Below are positions 24,798 through 38,032 of a stretch of 64,000 bases of DNA, one piece after another. The translations under genes and the position numbers were made by a program. Within the stretch, counting starts at the first letter, position 1, and every line of letters begins with the position of its first letter. This DNA comes from Mobula hypostoma (lineage: Eukaryota): NCBI RefSeq assembly GCF_963921235.1, contig NC_086108.1, positions 56,608,001 through 56,672,000 on the forward strand. Direction: 5' to 3'. The notes under the pieces are model-generated. The model saw only the letters and a list, made by a program, of their open reading frames with translations, was not told the origin of the DNA and ran no database searches.

Positions 24798-26191
24798 GGA
24801 TGAGTGAACCAATGACTGACCCAGCGGAATTTGCTAGCCTAAAGGAATTCATTGGTCAACTGTGATCCTGAAAAGGCAGGAAACCATTGACCACCTGCTT
24901 GCCACTCTCCTCCAACTCTCCATCTCGATACAGCAATCCTGCACCAGCCAACCTCCTCCTTTGGAGCCCCAGACTCCGGTGCATGAATGGTTCAGTGGAT
25001 CCCCAACTGGAAGCTGCAACTTTCTGTCCCAGTGCGTCTTGCACTTAGAGCTCCAGCTATCTCTGTATTCTACAGACCGAGCCAAATTGGCCTTTGTCAT
25101 CTCTCTCCTGACTGGACGAGCTCTGAGCTGGGACAGTAAAATCACTATTTACAATAAATTTGAAGAATCCACCACTGAGATGCGTGGGTTTTTGACCATC
25201 GAGGAAGTGGAAGCATGTTATCTGATTGAATACTTCACATTCAACAGGGCTCACGCTCAGTGCTGGATTACACTTTGGAGTTCAGGACCCCTGCAGCTAA
25301 GTGGGGCTGGAATGCAGAAACACTGCTGGCCCGTCACCATCATGGCCTCTCAGAAAGACAAGCTGCCTCCTGGCAGATGCCCACTGACCTTGAAAATCTC
25401 ATCACTCTACCCTCCAAATTGACAAGCATCTTATGGAAGGGCCCTCCAAATTATCAGCAAAACCCCCATTTCTGTTCCCAGAACCATTTCTAGGCTGCAA
25501 GACCTGCACTAGCAATGTGTCCAGAACTCATGCAGTTAGAGAGGTTCCTTAACCGACATTCCACCCCCGCAAGAACATAAGCATCAGCGGAGAAACAATT
25601 TGTGCGCATACTGCAGAGCTGCTGATCACCCATACATTAAATGACCACTGTATCTGGGAAAAGGGCACCACCAGGTAGAGGTGAGGTGGATTCTATCTAG
25701 TAAGCTCTTTCTGTCCTCCTCCGTACCCCAATGACTCTATGCCCACAGGAGGTCCTGCTGGATTCCTGTACACCAGGCAACTTCCTGGACCGGACTCTGT
25801 GTGTGCAGCTTGAACTGTCTACCAACCCTATCTCTCAGCCTTTCTGCATCACGGCTATTGAAGGACGTGCCTTGTAGTCTGGGATAGTCAGAGCACACAC
25901 ATGGCATCAGAGTGCGCCTCAGGTCCATCCAATTCTTTCTTATCAACTCACCCAAGACTCCACTCATCTGCTGTTACGCCTGGCACTGCACTCACAAGTC
26001 TCACTTCACCTGATCATCTGGTTCACTAGGGGACCCACCTGATGGACCATCTGCCTGAAATCTCAGTTAACTTCGCCCTGCAACTCTCGACCTCACCAAA
26101 CTCCCACAGGAATACCACGACTCACTTCATCGCCTTTGGTAAAAGAGAAGCCAGTACCCTGATTTCTCAAAGATCACTGGACTGTGTGATC

Positions 26192-26844
26192 AGATTAGAT
26201 TAGATTATGAGGACACGCAGTCCTCTTTTATTGTCATTTAGTAATGCATGCATTAAGAAATGATACAATGTTTTTCCAGAATGATATCACAGAAACACAT
26301 GACAAACCAAGACTGAAAAACTGACAAAAACCACATAATTATAACATATAGTTACAACAGTGCAAAGCAATACCGTAATTTGATAAGAACAGACCATGGG
26401 CACGGTAAAATCTCAGAGTCTCTCGAAAGTCCCATCATCTCCCGCAGACGGTAAACTTCCAGCGCCGCAAACTTGCCAATGCAGCATCCCAGAGCATCCA
26501 ACCACAGTCCGACTCTGAGTCCGTCTGAAAACTCTGAGCCTCCGCCCAGCTCCCCAACACTGATGCAGCAAGCGCCATCTCTGTCGAGTGCTTTGACCCT
26601 GGCCCTGGCAACAGGCAATAGACAAGGCCGAGGATTTGGGGCCTTCCCTCTGGAGATTCTCGATCACGCAGTAGCAGCAGCAGCGAAGCAGGCATTTCAG
26701 AAGTTACTCCAGATGTTCCTCCGTGCTTCTTCACGTCTGTCTCCATCAAATCAGGATTGTGCACGGCATCCTACTTCACAGATACGATAGCAATTCAGAA
26801 CTGCCACGCACACTACGTCGCGCCGCCATCTTCTCCTCCCTCCC
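26192..26844 (-). mobile_element. Non-autonomous retroposon copy 1 (full length), nested in Gypsy pol
   Basis: Homologous to 32729-33258 and 42891-43560. Minus strand begins GAAGATGGCGGCG and ends GACAATAAA, stem-loop, (TAATC)n. Gypsy frame DCVI|..LLPG resumes across it. Confidence 0.88.
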
Positions 26845-28814
26845 TTCAGCCTCCTCCCAGGCACTACCCCTCCCCGAGGTCACCTGCCCTCCCTTTTCCA
26901 TCCTAAGCCAAGAATGACTACATCACTGAAGCACTACAGTACGACTTCATTTGTCCATCCCAGTCCCCAGCTGGTGCAGGATTCTTCATGGTTAGAAAGA
27001 AAGATGGGGGGGTCTCCATTCCTGCATCGACTATCATGGACTCAGTGAAATCACCATTAGGAGCTGTTACCCCTTGATGGTTAGTACATTCAAAACACTC
27101 CACAGGGCCCAGATCTTCACCAAACTGGATCTATGGAGTCCATGCAATATGATCGGCATCCACCAGGGCTATCATTGAAGAACAACATTCCTAATACCGA
27201 CTGACCACTACGAATACTTGGTGATGCCTTTCAGACTTCCCAAAAGTCCGGCTATTACCAAACCTTCATCAAGAAGGTCTGCTGAGACATGCTACACAGG
27301 TATGTGTTTGTTTACCTCAATGACATCCTCATCTTCTCCAAGGACACCCAAGACCACATCTGTCACACCCATTCAGTCCTTCAGTGTCTCCTCGAAAACC
27401 AGCTGTAGTGCAAGTTAGAAAAATGGCAGTTCCACACCCCAGTCATTTCTCTCCCGGGTTATGTCCTTTATGTCCTTTCACCCCAGTGCATAACCATGAA
27501 TCCAGAGAAAGTGCGCGCTGTTGTTGAATGACCCCGCTAGCGTTCCCTCACACAGCGCTTCTTGGGCTTCTCCAAATTCTACTGCTGCTTTCATCAGGAA
27601 TTACTACCAAAGCGCTGCTCCTCTCACCTCCCTCCCCAAATTACCTACCTCGTGGATAACCTTGTCTGAGCCATGGACAATGCTCTCGAAGAGCTCAAGA
27701 AGTGCTTCATCACTGCTCCAGTTCTGTGCCATCTGAGGCCCTCTGGACCTGTTGTGTTAGAGGTGGGCATTTGGGCCACCCTCTCCCAGCAAGGGCTGGA
27801 CGGAAAGACACAATCTCGTGCCGCTTTCTCGTGAAAGCTCAGCGTTGCCCTTACGGAGCAGGAGGCAGGTTGAAGCTCACCCTCAAATGGGCTTTGAAGG
27901 ATTGGAGACATTGGCTGTGGGGAAACACCTGGTCTGGACTGACCACTAGAACCTCCTATCCATATAACAGACCTGCCAACTCAACCCATGGCAGGCTTAC
28001 TGGGCCCTTCTTCAAGCAATACAACTTCACCATCTCCTACCGGCCCAGTTCCAAGAACACTAAGGTAGACACATTGTCATGACGGTTTGACCTAGCTGAG
28101 ATGGAGATCAACCCTTAGCCCATCATTTCATCCTCACAGATCCTCACCCCATTCATTTAGGATCTTGATGACTGCCAGGACCTACAGCTCAAGCCTGCTC
28201 CAGCTGACACACCTGACAGCCACCTGTACATGCCAGCGGCTACACACCCTGAGGCAATTCTGCAGGCCCATTCCTCTCTCATCTCTGGCCATGCAGGTGT
28301 TTGACAGACTTCTTCCAAGCTGCCAGCTATGTTTTTGCTGCGAATAACTGCTGCTGGTGATTCTCAGACTACTCTGGGGACTGTGTCTGGCTGTCCACCC
28401 AAGATCTGCCCGTGCACACCGACTCCCACAAGCACTTGTCTCAATTCATTGTTCCCTTTAGGGTTCTCCATTCGCATCAACCCAGTCACTTACCATCCCC
28501 AGATGTCATCATCCCTCAGGATCACACCTACCTTCCATGTGTCCTGCATCAAGCCTGTGGTTCATGGGCCTCTCAACCCACCTGAGCCTGCACCTCTGGG
28601 ACACAGAATGGTGGAAGGTGGTCTGGTGTGCGTGGTTTGCCGGTTGATGGATTCATGTAATTGTGGATGGGGTATGGAGTCCCTGGTTGACTGGGTAGGG
28701 TACAGCCCAGAGGAGAGTTCTTGGGTGCCATTTAGGTTCATCTTGGCTCCATTGCTCATCGAAGAGTTCCCCCAGCCCCATCCAGATTATACTGGGCCAA
28801 TAGGTGCCAACCAT

Positions 28815-29130
28815 AGGCTGCAGAGGCAGGCACCTCCCAGCCTCCACCCAGCTAGCAGGAGTCACCTGCCATTCATTTCCAACTCATCACCTGCAGCCTA
28901 TTTAAACCCGGCTCTCATCCACAGTCATTTGTTCACCCATCAAACCAGCCAGCTTCAACCAGTAGCTCCAAGCCTTCAGCTACCTTGTTGCCTTGTCGTG
29001 TTAAGTATCTGTTCTCCTTTGTTTTGTGGCCCCTTGAGGCTTGTTATTTTGCACTTTTTAGTAAAGTAATGTTTTCTGCTAAAATTGTCTCTGCTGCTCT
29101 ATTTTGGGTCAAATATCCTCTCTGTCACCC
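28815..29130 (+). repeat. 3' LTR of the chromovirus (5' edge and PPT eroded)
   Basis: Diverged direct repeat of 24501-24797, downstream of the chromodomain. Confidence 0.78.
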
Positions 29131-30233
29131 ATTCCATTTTTCTTAAAGAATAAAGTAGATATCAGCTCGTGAAAGTTATTTTTTCTGGGGTCTTGGATAA
29201 GAACTTTGATGTGGCTGGCTGCATTGATAGTGAATGTGCAAATGCCTGCCAGACGTGATTAGTATCAAGGAGCACTAACATGCCTGGGAGCTTTGAACAG
29301 AACAGAGAACCAGTTTCCACTACCCCACCCCCCGCCCCAAATGATGATTTTTCAACAACCTTGTGGACACAAACATAATGAGCTACCTGAAGCTGCAGCT
29401 TCCACTGCAACACAAGCAGCAGTCACCCGGCATCTGAGCACTGCATTGGAAACTCATGTTTCTGTCATGCAGCCTTCATCTGTTGCATCATGGCAGTGGA
29501 TAGCATAAGAACATAAGAAGTATGAGCAGGAGTAGGCCATCGGACCCGTTGAGTCTGCTCCACCATTCAATAAGGTCATGGCTGATCTGACCATGGACTT
29601 GTCTCCACATACCTGCCTTTTCTCCATAACCCTTCATTCCCCTACTATGCAAAAGTCTATCCAACATTGTCTTAAATATATTTACTGAGGTAGCATCCAC
29701 TGCTTCATTGGGCAGAGAATTCCACAGATTCACCACTCTTTGGCAAAAGCAGTTCCTCCTCATCTCCGTCCTAAGTTTACTCTCCTGAATCATGAGGCTA
29801 TGTTCCCCTAGTTCTGGTCTCACCTACCAATGGAAACAACTTTGCTGCCTCTATCTTATCTATTCCTTTCATAATTTTATATGTTTCTATAAGATCTTCT
29901 CCTCTCATCCTTCTGAATTCTAGCGAGTACAGTCCCAGGCAACTCAATCTCTCCTTATAATCTAACCCCAGCATCTCTGGAATCAACCCGGTAAATCTCT
30001 GCACCACTTCCAAAGCCAGTATATCCTTCCTCAAGTAAGGAGACCAGAACTGCACGCAGTACAGTTGCAGCATAACCTCCCTGCTCTTAAATTCAATCCA
30101 TCTAGCAATGAAGGCCAATATTCCATTTGCCTTCTTGATAAGCTGCTGCACCTACAAACCAACCTTTTGCGATTCATGCACAAACACTCCCAAGTCCCGC
30201 TGCACAGCTGCATGCTGCAATCTTTTACCATTT

Positions 30234-32540
30234 AGTGGATATTAGTAGAGCTACTAGGATTTGATGTTTCAATCCCTATGGTAAATCGGCACTCTCGATT
30301 TTGGCAGTGGGCTTGGAGTGGTGACAAGGAGGGAGGGTAGGTACGTCATCGGGGTCATCAGGTGGGCACCCTCCTTCTTTGACATTTTGTTGATAAGCCC
30401 ACGACGTCTCCAGAGGGCTCAACGGTGCTACCTGGCGTCCCAGATACACCCCCCCCCCTCAGTTCCATACTCTCCTGTCTTCATCTTGCAGCCCAGTTGT
30501 TGTCTTTCCTTTTAATCCAAATCCAATTGCTGCTTTCTTCTGCTGCATTTGACAAGGACTCGATTGCTTGTTGGAGGGAGTGACCCCTCACCCCCATCTT
30601 CTTCAATAGACTGGTCGTAGATGTAGCAACGAATCCCCTGCATCCCACTTCTACAGGGAAAATCTTGGTCTTCCAGCCGTTCTGGGCAGCTTCAGTTGCC
30701 AGTTCAGAGTACTTGGTCTTTTTCCTCTCATAAGCTTCTTCGACACCATCTTCCCATGGTACTGTCAATTCCACAACATATGCCAGCTTGGATCATGTCT
30801 GGCCGGAATGTTGTAGCCACAATGTCTGGGGGGAACGCAAGCTTTTTTCCCAAGTCCACGTCCATTTTCCAATCCCAAGCAACCTGCAGAATGCTTACAT
30901 CTTTTGATGTTATATGGTGCTCTGGAGGTTGCCCTGCTGGTACAAATCGTGTGATGTGGACATTTCCTGCCGATGTTTGTGGGAGAGCATTTGTGGTGAT
31001 TCACCTCTGTTCCAAGGTTGATGCCAGCTGTCTGAGAACTTGGTTATGCCACCAAATGTACCACCCCTGGGTGAGGCTTGTGGTGTATCCTGTTAAAAAG
31101 AGCCTTAGTGAGGCAGGTGCTTGGCAAAGACAGCAAGCGGGGTCTTCTCCCCACCACTGATTCAGGTTCTGGGATGTGGGTAGGAGGTCATAAGTGGCTC
31201 TGATGACAAAACTTAGCTGAGATCTCTCCATCTCCCAGATGTCATGCCAGCTAAGTTTCCTCTTTTCCAGGCTCTCCCATTGGCCCTGCTTGGCCATTGA
31301 GACGGCCCTGGCATGTCGCTCTACCTCCTCCTGTCTTCTCACCATGAGCCGTCTCTTCTGCACTGATGTTGCCTTGTGCCATTGAGGAGTTTTTGGGACA
31401 AGCCCGAGCCCGGCTCTCCCATGTTGGACTTGGCCAACCACATCCCTGAAGCGAAGAGCAGACTTAGCACTCTGAACGGCATCAGATGGGGTTCACTTCC
31501 TCCCCGTTGCCACACGGGGGGCTGTTGTTCGAATAACAGTATCTTCAGATTCAGTGAGGGTCATGACCAACCTTGCGTTGGTGCATTTGAATTCTTCCAC
31601 AAGACTTGCAATTGGTATTTCCAATTTGCCTTTCCCGTACAGTCCAACGGGACTTAAGCATCGTGGAAGCCCAAGCCACTGTTTTACATGTGTGCTGATC
31701 ACTAGAGCTTTTCAATCTTGTTGATGGGGATTTCATACACTGTTAAAGGCCACATGAGTCTTGGAGTATGCCGAACTGGAAGCACCACAGCTTGAGTTTT
31801 CCTGGCAGCAAGGTCTTGTTGATGCGAGCTGTGTACATGATGGTATCCTTTTTTAGTTGTTTAAACTGCTCAGTGTCCTTGAGCTTAGCATCATACCATC
31901 GGCCCAAGCTCTTCACTGGCATTTCTGAAGCAGTTGGGACAGGTGTCCCGTCAATCTAAAATCTTTTATCCGTGACTTGACCTTTGACGATGGAGATGGT
32001 TCTGCACTTGCTGGACTTGACCTTCATCCTCGCCCATGTGGTGTTTTGATGAAGCTTTTCCAGAAGTCTCTTGGTGCAGGGGACAGTTATCGTCAGTATT
32101 GTTATATCGTCCATATACTGTCATATGGGTGGTAACCGTTGACCAAACTGTAGCCTTTTTCCTCCCGCAACCCATTTTGAGGCTCTGATAATGAGCTCCA
32201 TTGCCATAGTAAAGGCCAATGGGGAGATGGTGCACCCCGCCATGATGCCTACTTCCAGTGGTTGCCACGTTGTGGTGAAGTCTGATGTTGTGAGACAAAC
32301 TTGCAGATCCTGGAAGTAGTGTTTTACCAGATTTGTTGTTGTTGCAGGCACCTGAAAGAATTCAAAAGCAGTCCACAGTAGGGAATGAGGAACTGATCCA
32401 TAGGCGTTGGCCAGGTCGATGCAGATCCTTTCTTTCTTTCTTAGCCATCTGGATTTGATGCCATATGATGAGGGTATGTTCAAGGCATCCCAAGAAGCCT
32501 GCTATGCCAGCCTTTTGGATTGACGTATCAATGAAATGAA
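30234..32540 (-). mobile_element. Hero-clade (R2 superfamily) non-LTR retrotransposon, 5'-truncated
   Basis: RT DLANAYGSVPH, GIMAGCTISPLAF, YMDD. Decayed CCHC CCLC..SL....WHNQVL. Restriction-like endonuclease ELTVPWE..YERKKTKY..PVEVGCRGF. Confidence 0.85.
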
Positions 32541-32728
32541 ATGGTAATAATCTGATTTTTCATGTTTCCTTCCAAAGTGGATGACCCCGCTTTTACCAAC
32601 ATTGTACTCCATCCGCTAGATCCTTGCCCACTCACTTAACCTATCTATATCTCTCTATAGTCTCTCCATATCTTCTGCACAATTTGCTTTTCCACTTAAT
32701 TTAGTGTCATCAGCAAATTTAGATACAG

Positions 32729-33258
32729 TAGATTAGATTATAAGGACACTCAGTCCTCGTTTATTGTCATTTAGAAATGCATGCATTAAAAAATGATACA
32801 ACATTCCTCCAGAATGATATCACAAAAAATAACACAGGACAAACCAAGACTAAAACTTACAAAACCATATAATTATAACATATAGTTACAACAGTGCAAA
32901 GCAATACCATAATTTGATAAAGAGCAGACCATGGGCGTGGTAAAAAAAGTCTCAAAGTCCCGATAGCCTCATCATCTCACGCAGGTGGTAGAAAGGAGAA
33001 ACTCTCCCTGCCATGAACCTCCAAGCGCCACAAACTTGCCGATGCAGCACCATTGGAAGCGCCCGACCGCAGAGAACTCTGAGTCAGTCCGAAAACTTTG
33101 AGCCTCCTACCAGCCCCTCTGACACAGCCTCTCCGAGCACCATCCTCTACCGAGCACTTCGACCCTTCCCTGGCCGCCGAGCAACAAGCAAAGCCGAGGA
33201 CTCGGGGCCTTCCCCTCCGGAGAATCTAGACCACACAGTAGCAGCAGCAGCGAAGCAG
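32729..33258 (-). mobile_element. Non-autonomous retroposon copy 2 (5'-truncated), nested in CR1
   Basis: Same tail and body as copies 1 and 3; the CR1 RT sequence continues across it. Confidence 0.88.
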
Positions 33259-35644
33259 TGAAGCACTACACTCAGTCCCCTCTTCCAGATCATTAATGTA
33301 TATCATGACCAGCTGTGGGCCCAACACTGATCCCTGCGGCACACTGTTCTTCACTGATTGCGAACCAAAGTAATACCCATGTAGCCCAACTCTCTTCTTT
33401 CTGTTAGTTAACCAATCCTCTATCCATGCTAATCCATCACCCACAACTCTATGCATCCTTATCTTATGGATAAGTCTTTTATGTGACACATTATTGAATG
33501 CTTTCTGGAAATCCAAGTAAATAGCGTTCATCTGTACCCCTCTATCCAATGTGCTTGTTATATCCTCAAAGAGCTCCAGTATGTTTATCAAACAGGATCT
33601 GCCTTTGCTAAATCCATGCTGCATCTGCCTGATGGATCTATTTCTCTCCAGATGTCTCACTATTTCTTCTTTAATGATAGCTTCAAGCATTTTCCCAACT
33701 ACAGATGTTAAAGTAACTGGCCTATAGTTACCTGCCTTTTGCTTACATCCTTTTTTGAACAGTGGCGTGACATTCGCCTTCTTCCAATCCACTGGGACCT
33801 GCCCAGAGTCCAGAGAATTCTAGTAAATTATCTACTATAACCTCTGCCATTTCTTTCAGGACCGTGGGATAAAATCCATCAGGAGCAGGGGACTTGTCCA
33901 TCTTTAGGCCCACAAGTTTGCTCAGCACTACCATCTTCAGTGATAGCTGTTGTATTGAGGTCCTTGCCTCCCATTGCATCCATATCATCTCTCTTTGATA
34001 TGTTAGATGTGTTCTCCACTGTGAAGACCAACACATTCAAAGCCTCAGCCATTTCTTCATTACCCAATATCAATTCCCCCTTTCATCCTCCGAGGGACCT
34101 ACGTTCATTTCAGCCACCCTTTTCTGCTTTATATAATTATAAAATCTTTAACTATCCATTTTTATATTTTGTGCTACTTTATTTTCATAATCTATCTTCC
34201 CTTTCTTTATTGCTCGCTTAATGGTTCTTTGTTGCTTTTTAAAGTTTTCCCAATCTTCCAGTTTCCCATTACTCTTGGCGACTTTGTATGCAAGAGCTTT
34301 TAGTTTGATGCCTTCTTTTATTTCCTTAGTTATCCATGGCTAACTCTCTCCACCCTTACTGCCCTTGCTTTTAACTGGAATATACTTTTATTGAGCACCG
34401 TGAAAAATCTCTTTGAAAGTCTTCCACTGTTCCTCAACCATCCCACCAATAGCCTGTGACCCCAGTCTATAGTAGCCAAATCCTCCCTCGTCACATTGTA
34501 GTCTCCATTGTTTAGGCATAATACACTGGTTTTAAATCGAAATATTGGAAACTCAATCATACTGTGATCACTCTTTCCAAGAGGATCCCTAACTACAAGA
34601 TCACTGATTTTACCTGCCTCATTGCACAGGATCAGATCAAAGATAGCACATTCCTTTGTAGTAACATGCTGTTCAAGAAAGCTATCATGTATGTATTCTA
34701 TGAAGTCCTCCTCAAGCTTTGACCAACTTGATTCATCCAATCTATGCACGAGTTAAAGCCCCCCATAATAACTACTGTTCCATTGTTTGATGCCTCAGAT
34801 ATTTCTCGGTTTATTGCCTGTGCCACTGTAATGCTGCTATTCGGTGGCCGTTGGACAACTCCCACCAGTGATATTTCCCCTTTACTATCCCTAATCTCTA
34901 CTCAGATGGATTCAACATTCTGCTCCTTAGATCTTATATCGTTTCTCACTATCACCCTGATCTCATCCTTAATTAAGAGTGCTACTCCACCTCCCTTACT
35001 TTCCTGCCTATCCTTCCATATAACCTGATATCCTTGGAAATTTAGTTCCCAATCCTCTCCACCCTGCGACTACGCTTCTGTAATGGCCACTAAATCATAC
35101 CCCTTTGTATTGAGTTGTGCCGCAAGTTCACTGACCTTGTTTGGAATGCTACAGGCATTCAGATAAAGTGCCTTTACACTCATTGTGCTTTTAAAATATA
35201 GTAATCTTTATCTCTTTTGTGCTCCACCCTTTCTTTTCTCTTTTTTTATCTTTTACTTTTATTTTATATTTATCCACACTTTTCTCTTTTACTTTATCCG
35301 TACTTCCCAATCTGTTGAACCCACCCCCTGCTATTCAGTTTAAAGCCCTATCAAAGCCGTATTTATATGATTTGCCAGGACTCAGGTCCCATCACGGTTC
35401 AGGTGGAGCCCGTCTCAATGGAACAGTTCTCTCCTTTCCCAGATTCCCATGAATTCAAACCCATTTCTCCTACGCCACACATTTGACTCTCTAATCTTCT
35501 TAACCCTTTGCCAATTTGCATGTGGCTCAGGTAGTAATCCAGAGATTACCATATTTTTGGTTCAGTTTTTTAACTGTGAGAAAGGTGGTTTGTGAGAATA
35601 CACAATAGACAATTAATCTGCTCTCCCAAAACATCAAGTAGGAA

Positions 35645-38032
35645 TGTAATAGTAGGTGATTTTAACTTTCCACATATTGACTGGGACTCTTGTACTGTAA
35701 AAAGGCTGGATGGGCAAGAGTTCGCCAGATATGTTCAGGAAAATTTCCTTAATTAGTACATAGAAGTCCACCTAGAGAGAATATGATACTAGATCTTCTG
35801 TTGGGGAATGAGTCAGGGCATGTTGCAGAAGCTTGTGTAGGGGAACACTTTGCATCTAGTGATCATAATGCTATTGGTTTCAAGGTAATTATGAAAAGGA
35901 TAAGTCTAGTCCACAGGCTGAGATTCTAAATTGGAGAAAGGGCAATTTTGAAGTTATCAGGAAAGATCTGGCAAGTATGTATTAGGACAGGGTGTTTTCT
36001 GGTAAAGGTGTACTCAGTAAGTGGGAGGCCTTAAAAAGCGAAATTTTGAGAGTAGTCTGTATGTTCCTGTCAAAATAAAAGGCAAGTGTAACAGGTTTAG
36101 TGAACCTTGGTTTTCAAGAAATATTGTGGCCCTGGTTAAGGAAAAAAAGGGGTGCATAGCAGGTATTGGCAGGCAGGAACAAATAAAGTACTTGAAGAGT
36201 ATAAGAAATGCAAGAGAACACTTCAAAAGGGAGTCAGGGGGCTGAAAAAAAAGACATGAGGTTGCTCTAACAGAGAAGGTGAAGGAGAATCCTAAAGGCT
36301 TTTAGAGATAAAAAAAACAAACGGGACAAAATTGGTCCTCTGGTAAATTAGAGTGGCAATCTAGGCATGGAGACAAAAGAGATGGGGGAGAACTTAAATG
36401 GATTATTTGCATCTGTATTTATTTGGGAGATGGAGACAGAGTCTAAAGAAGTGAGGTAATGCAGCAGTGAACTCATAGACCCTATGCAGATTACAGAGGA
36501 GAAGGTGCTTGCTGTCTTGAGGCAAATTAGGGCAGACATATCCTCTGGGCCTGAAAAGTTGTTCACTTGGACCCTGTGGGAGGCCAATAGAAAAATTTGA
36601 AGAGGCCCCTAGCAGAGATATTTTAAACATCCATGGTCACGGGTGATGTGCTGGAACGTTGAAGGATAACTAATGTTGTTCCATTGTTTAAGAAAGGCTC
36701 TAAGAATAAGTCAAGAAATTATAGACCAGCAAGCCTGATACCAGTAGTGGAAATGTATTGGAAGATATTCCAGGGGACCAGATATTAGTAAGTATTTGGA
36801 TAGCAGTGTCTGATTAGTGATAATCAACATGGCTTTGTGTGTGGTAGGTCATATCTAACCAATCTTGTAAGGTTTTTTGAGAAGTTACCAGGAAAGTTGA
36901 AGGCAAGGCAGTAGATGTTGTCTACATGGACTTTAGCAAGGCCTTTGACAAAGTCCCACATGGGAGGTTGGTCAAGAAGTTTCAGTCCCTTGGCCTTCAA
37001 GATGAGGTAGTAAAATAGATTAGAGTTACACACTTTTGTGTTAATAAAAATGAAAGGATAGCAAGGGACAAAATTAATCCTCTAGAAAATTAGAGTATTA
37101 GCACATTTTTTTCTTGTTTTTAAAGTGGATTAGGTATTGGATTTGTAGAAGAAGCCAGAGAGTGGTTGTAGATGGTTGCCTCTCTGACTAGAGGCCTGTG
37201 ACTAAGGGTGTGCCGCAGGGATCTGTGCTGGGTCTGTTGTTGTTTGTCATCTATATCAATGATCTGAATGATAATGTGTTAATCAGGAACAGCAAATTTG
37301 TGGACACCAAGATTGGGGGTGTAGTGGACAGAGAGGAAGACTATCAAAGTTTGTAGGGGGTATCTGGACCATCTGGTGAAATGAGCTGAAAAATGCCAGA
37401 TGTAATTTAATGCAGACAAGGTGCTACACCTTGTGAGGATCAACCAGGGCAGGTCTTGCACAGTGTGCTTTAGGGCACTGAGGAGTGTGATAGAACAGAG
37501 GGACTGTGTCTAGTTTTGTTCACCTACCTACAGGAAAGACGTAAGTAAGATTGAAAGAGTGCAGAGAAAATTTACAAGGACATTGCTGGAACTTCAGGAC
37601 CTGAGTTATTGAGAAAGATTGAACAGGTTTGGACTTTATTCTCTAGAATGCAGAAAGCTGAAGGGAGATTTGATAGATGTAAAATGTAAAATTATGAGAG
37701 GTATGGTTAGTGTAACTGTAAGAAAGCTTTTCCCACTGAGGTTGGGTTAGACTAAAGCTAGGGGGCATGGGTTAAGGGTGAAAGGTGAAACGTTTACAGG
37801 AAATATGAGGGGGATCTTCTTCACTCAGAGTGTGGAGCGAACTGCCAGTGCAAGTGGCAGATGCAGGGTCAATTTCAACATATAAGAGAAATTTGGATAG
37901 GTACACAGCTGGGAGGGGTATGCAGGCCTATGGTTCAGGTGCAGGTCGATGGGACTATGTAGATTAATGGTTCAGCACAGATTAGATGGGCTGAAGGGCC
38001 CTTTTCTTTGCTGTAGTGTTCTATGACTCTAT
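35645..38032 (+). mobile_element. CR1 LINE ORF2 (endonuclease end through RT to tail), decayed
   Basis: GDFNFPHIDW, SDHN, YMDFSKAFDKVPH, GVPQGSVLG, CR1-type tail. Confidence 0.88.

Larger units (their letters stand above)
24501..29130 (+). mobile_element. Chromoviral Ty3/Gypsy LTR retrotransposon (sushi-like), decayed, integrase core deleted
   Basis: Related LTRs at about 24501-24797 and 28815-29130. Gag FLSQC..KLAFVISLLTGRALSW; knuckle CAYCRAADH; protease [49 protein letters not shown]; RNase H; chromodomain LVDWVGYSPEESSWVP. Confidence 0.92.
29506..35575 (-). mobile_element. Near-complete CR1 LINE (ORF1 end, endonuclease, RT, tail) carrying two nested insertions
   Basis: DGLH esterase motif near 35410; LGKSDH; ORF 33226-33792(-) NYRPVTLTSVVGK, YLDFQKAFNNV, VPQGSVLGP; 3' end at 29506-30233. 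Confidence 0.9.

Noticed and set aside
24862..25422. PEG10/RTL/LDOC1 host gene
   Set aside because: It is flanked by LTRs and followed by a decayed pol, so it is the transposon gag.
26413..26790. Recurrent ORFs shared by 26.4, 33.0 and 43.1 kb as a gene family
   Set aside because: Frames and lengths differ between copies because of indels; the similarity is explained by a dispersed repeat.
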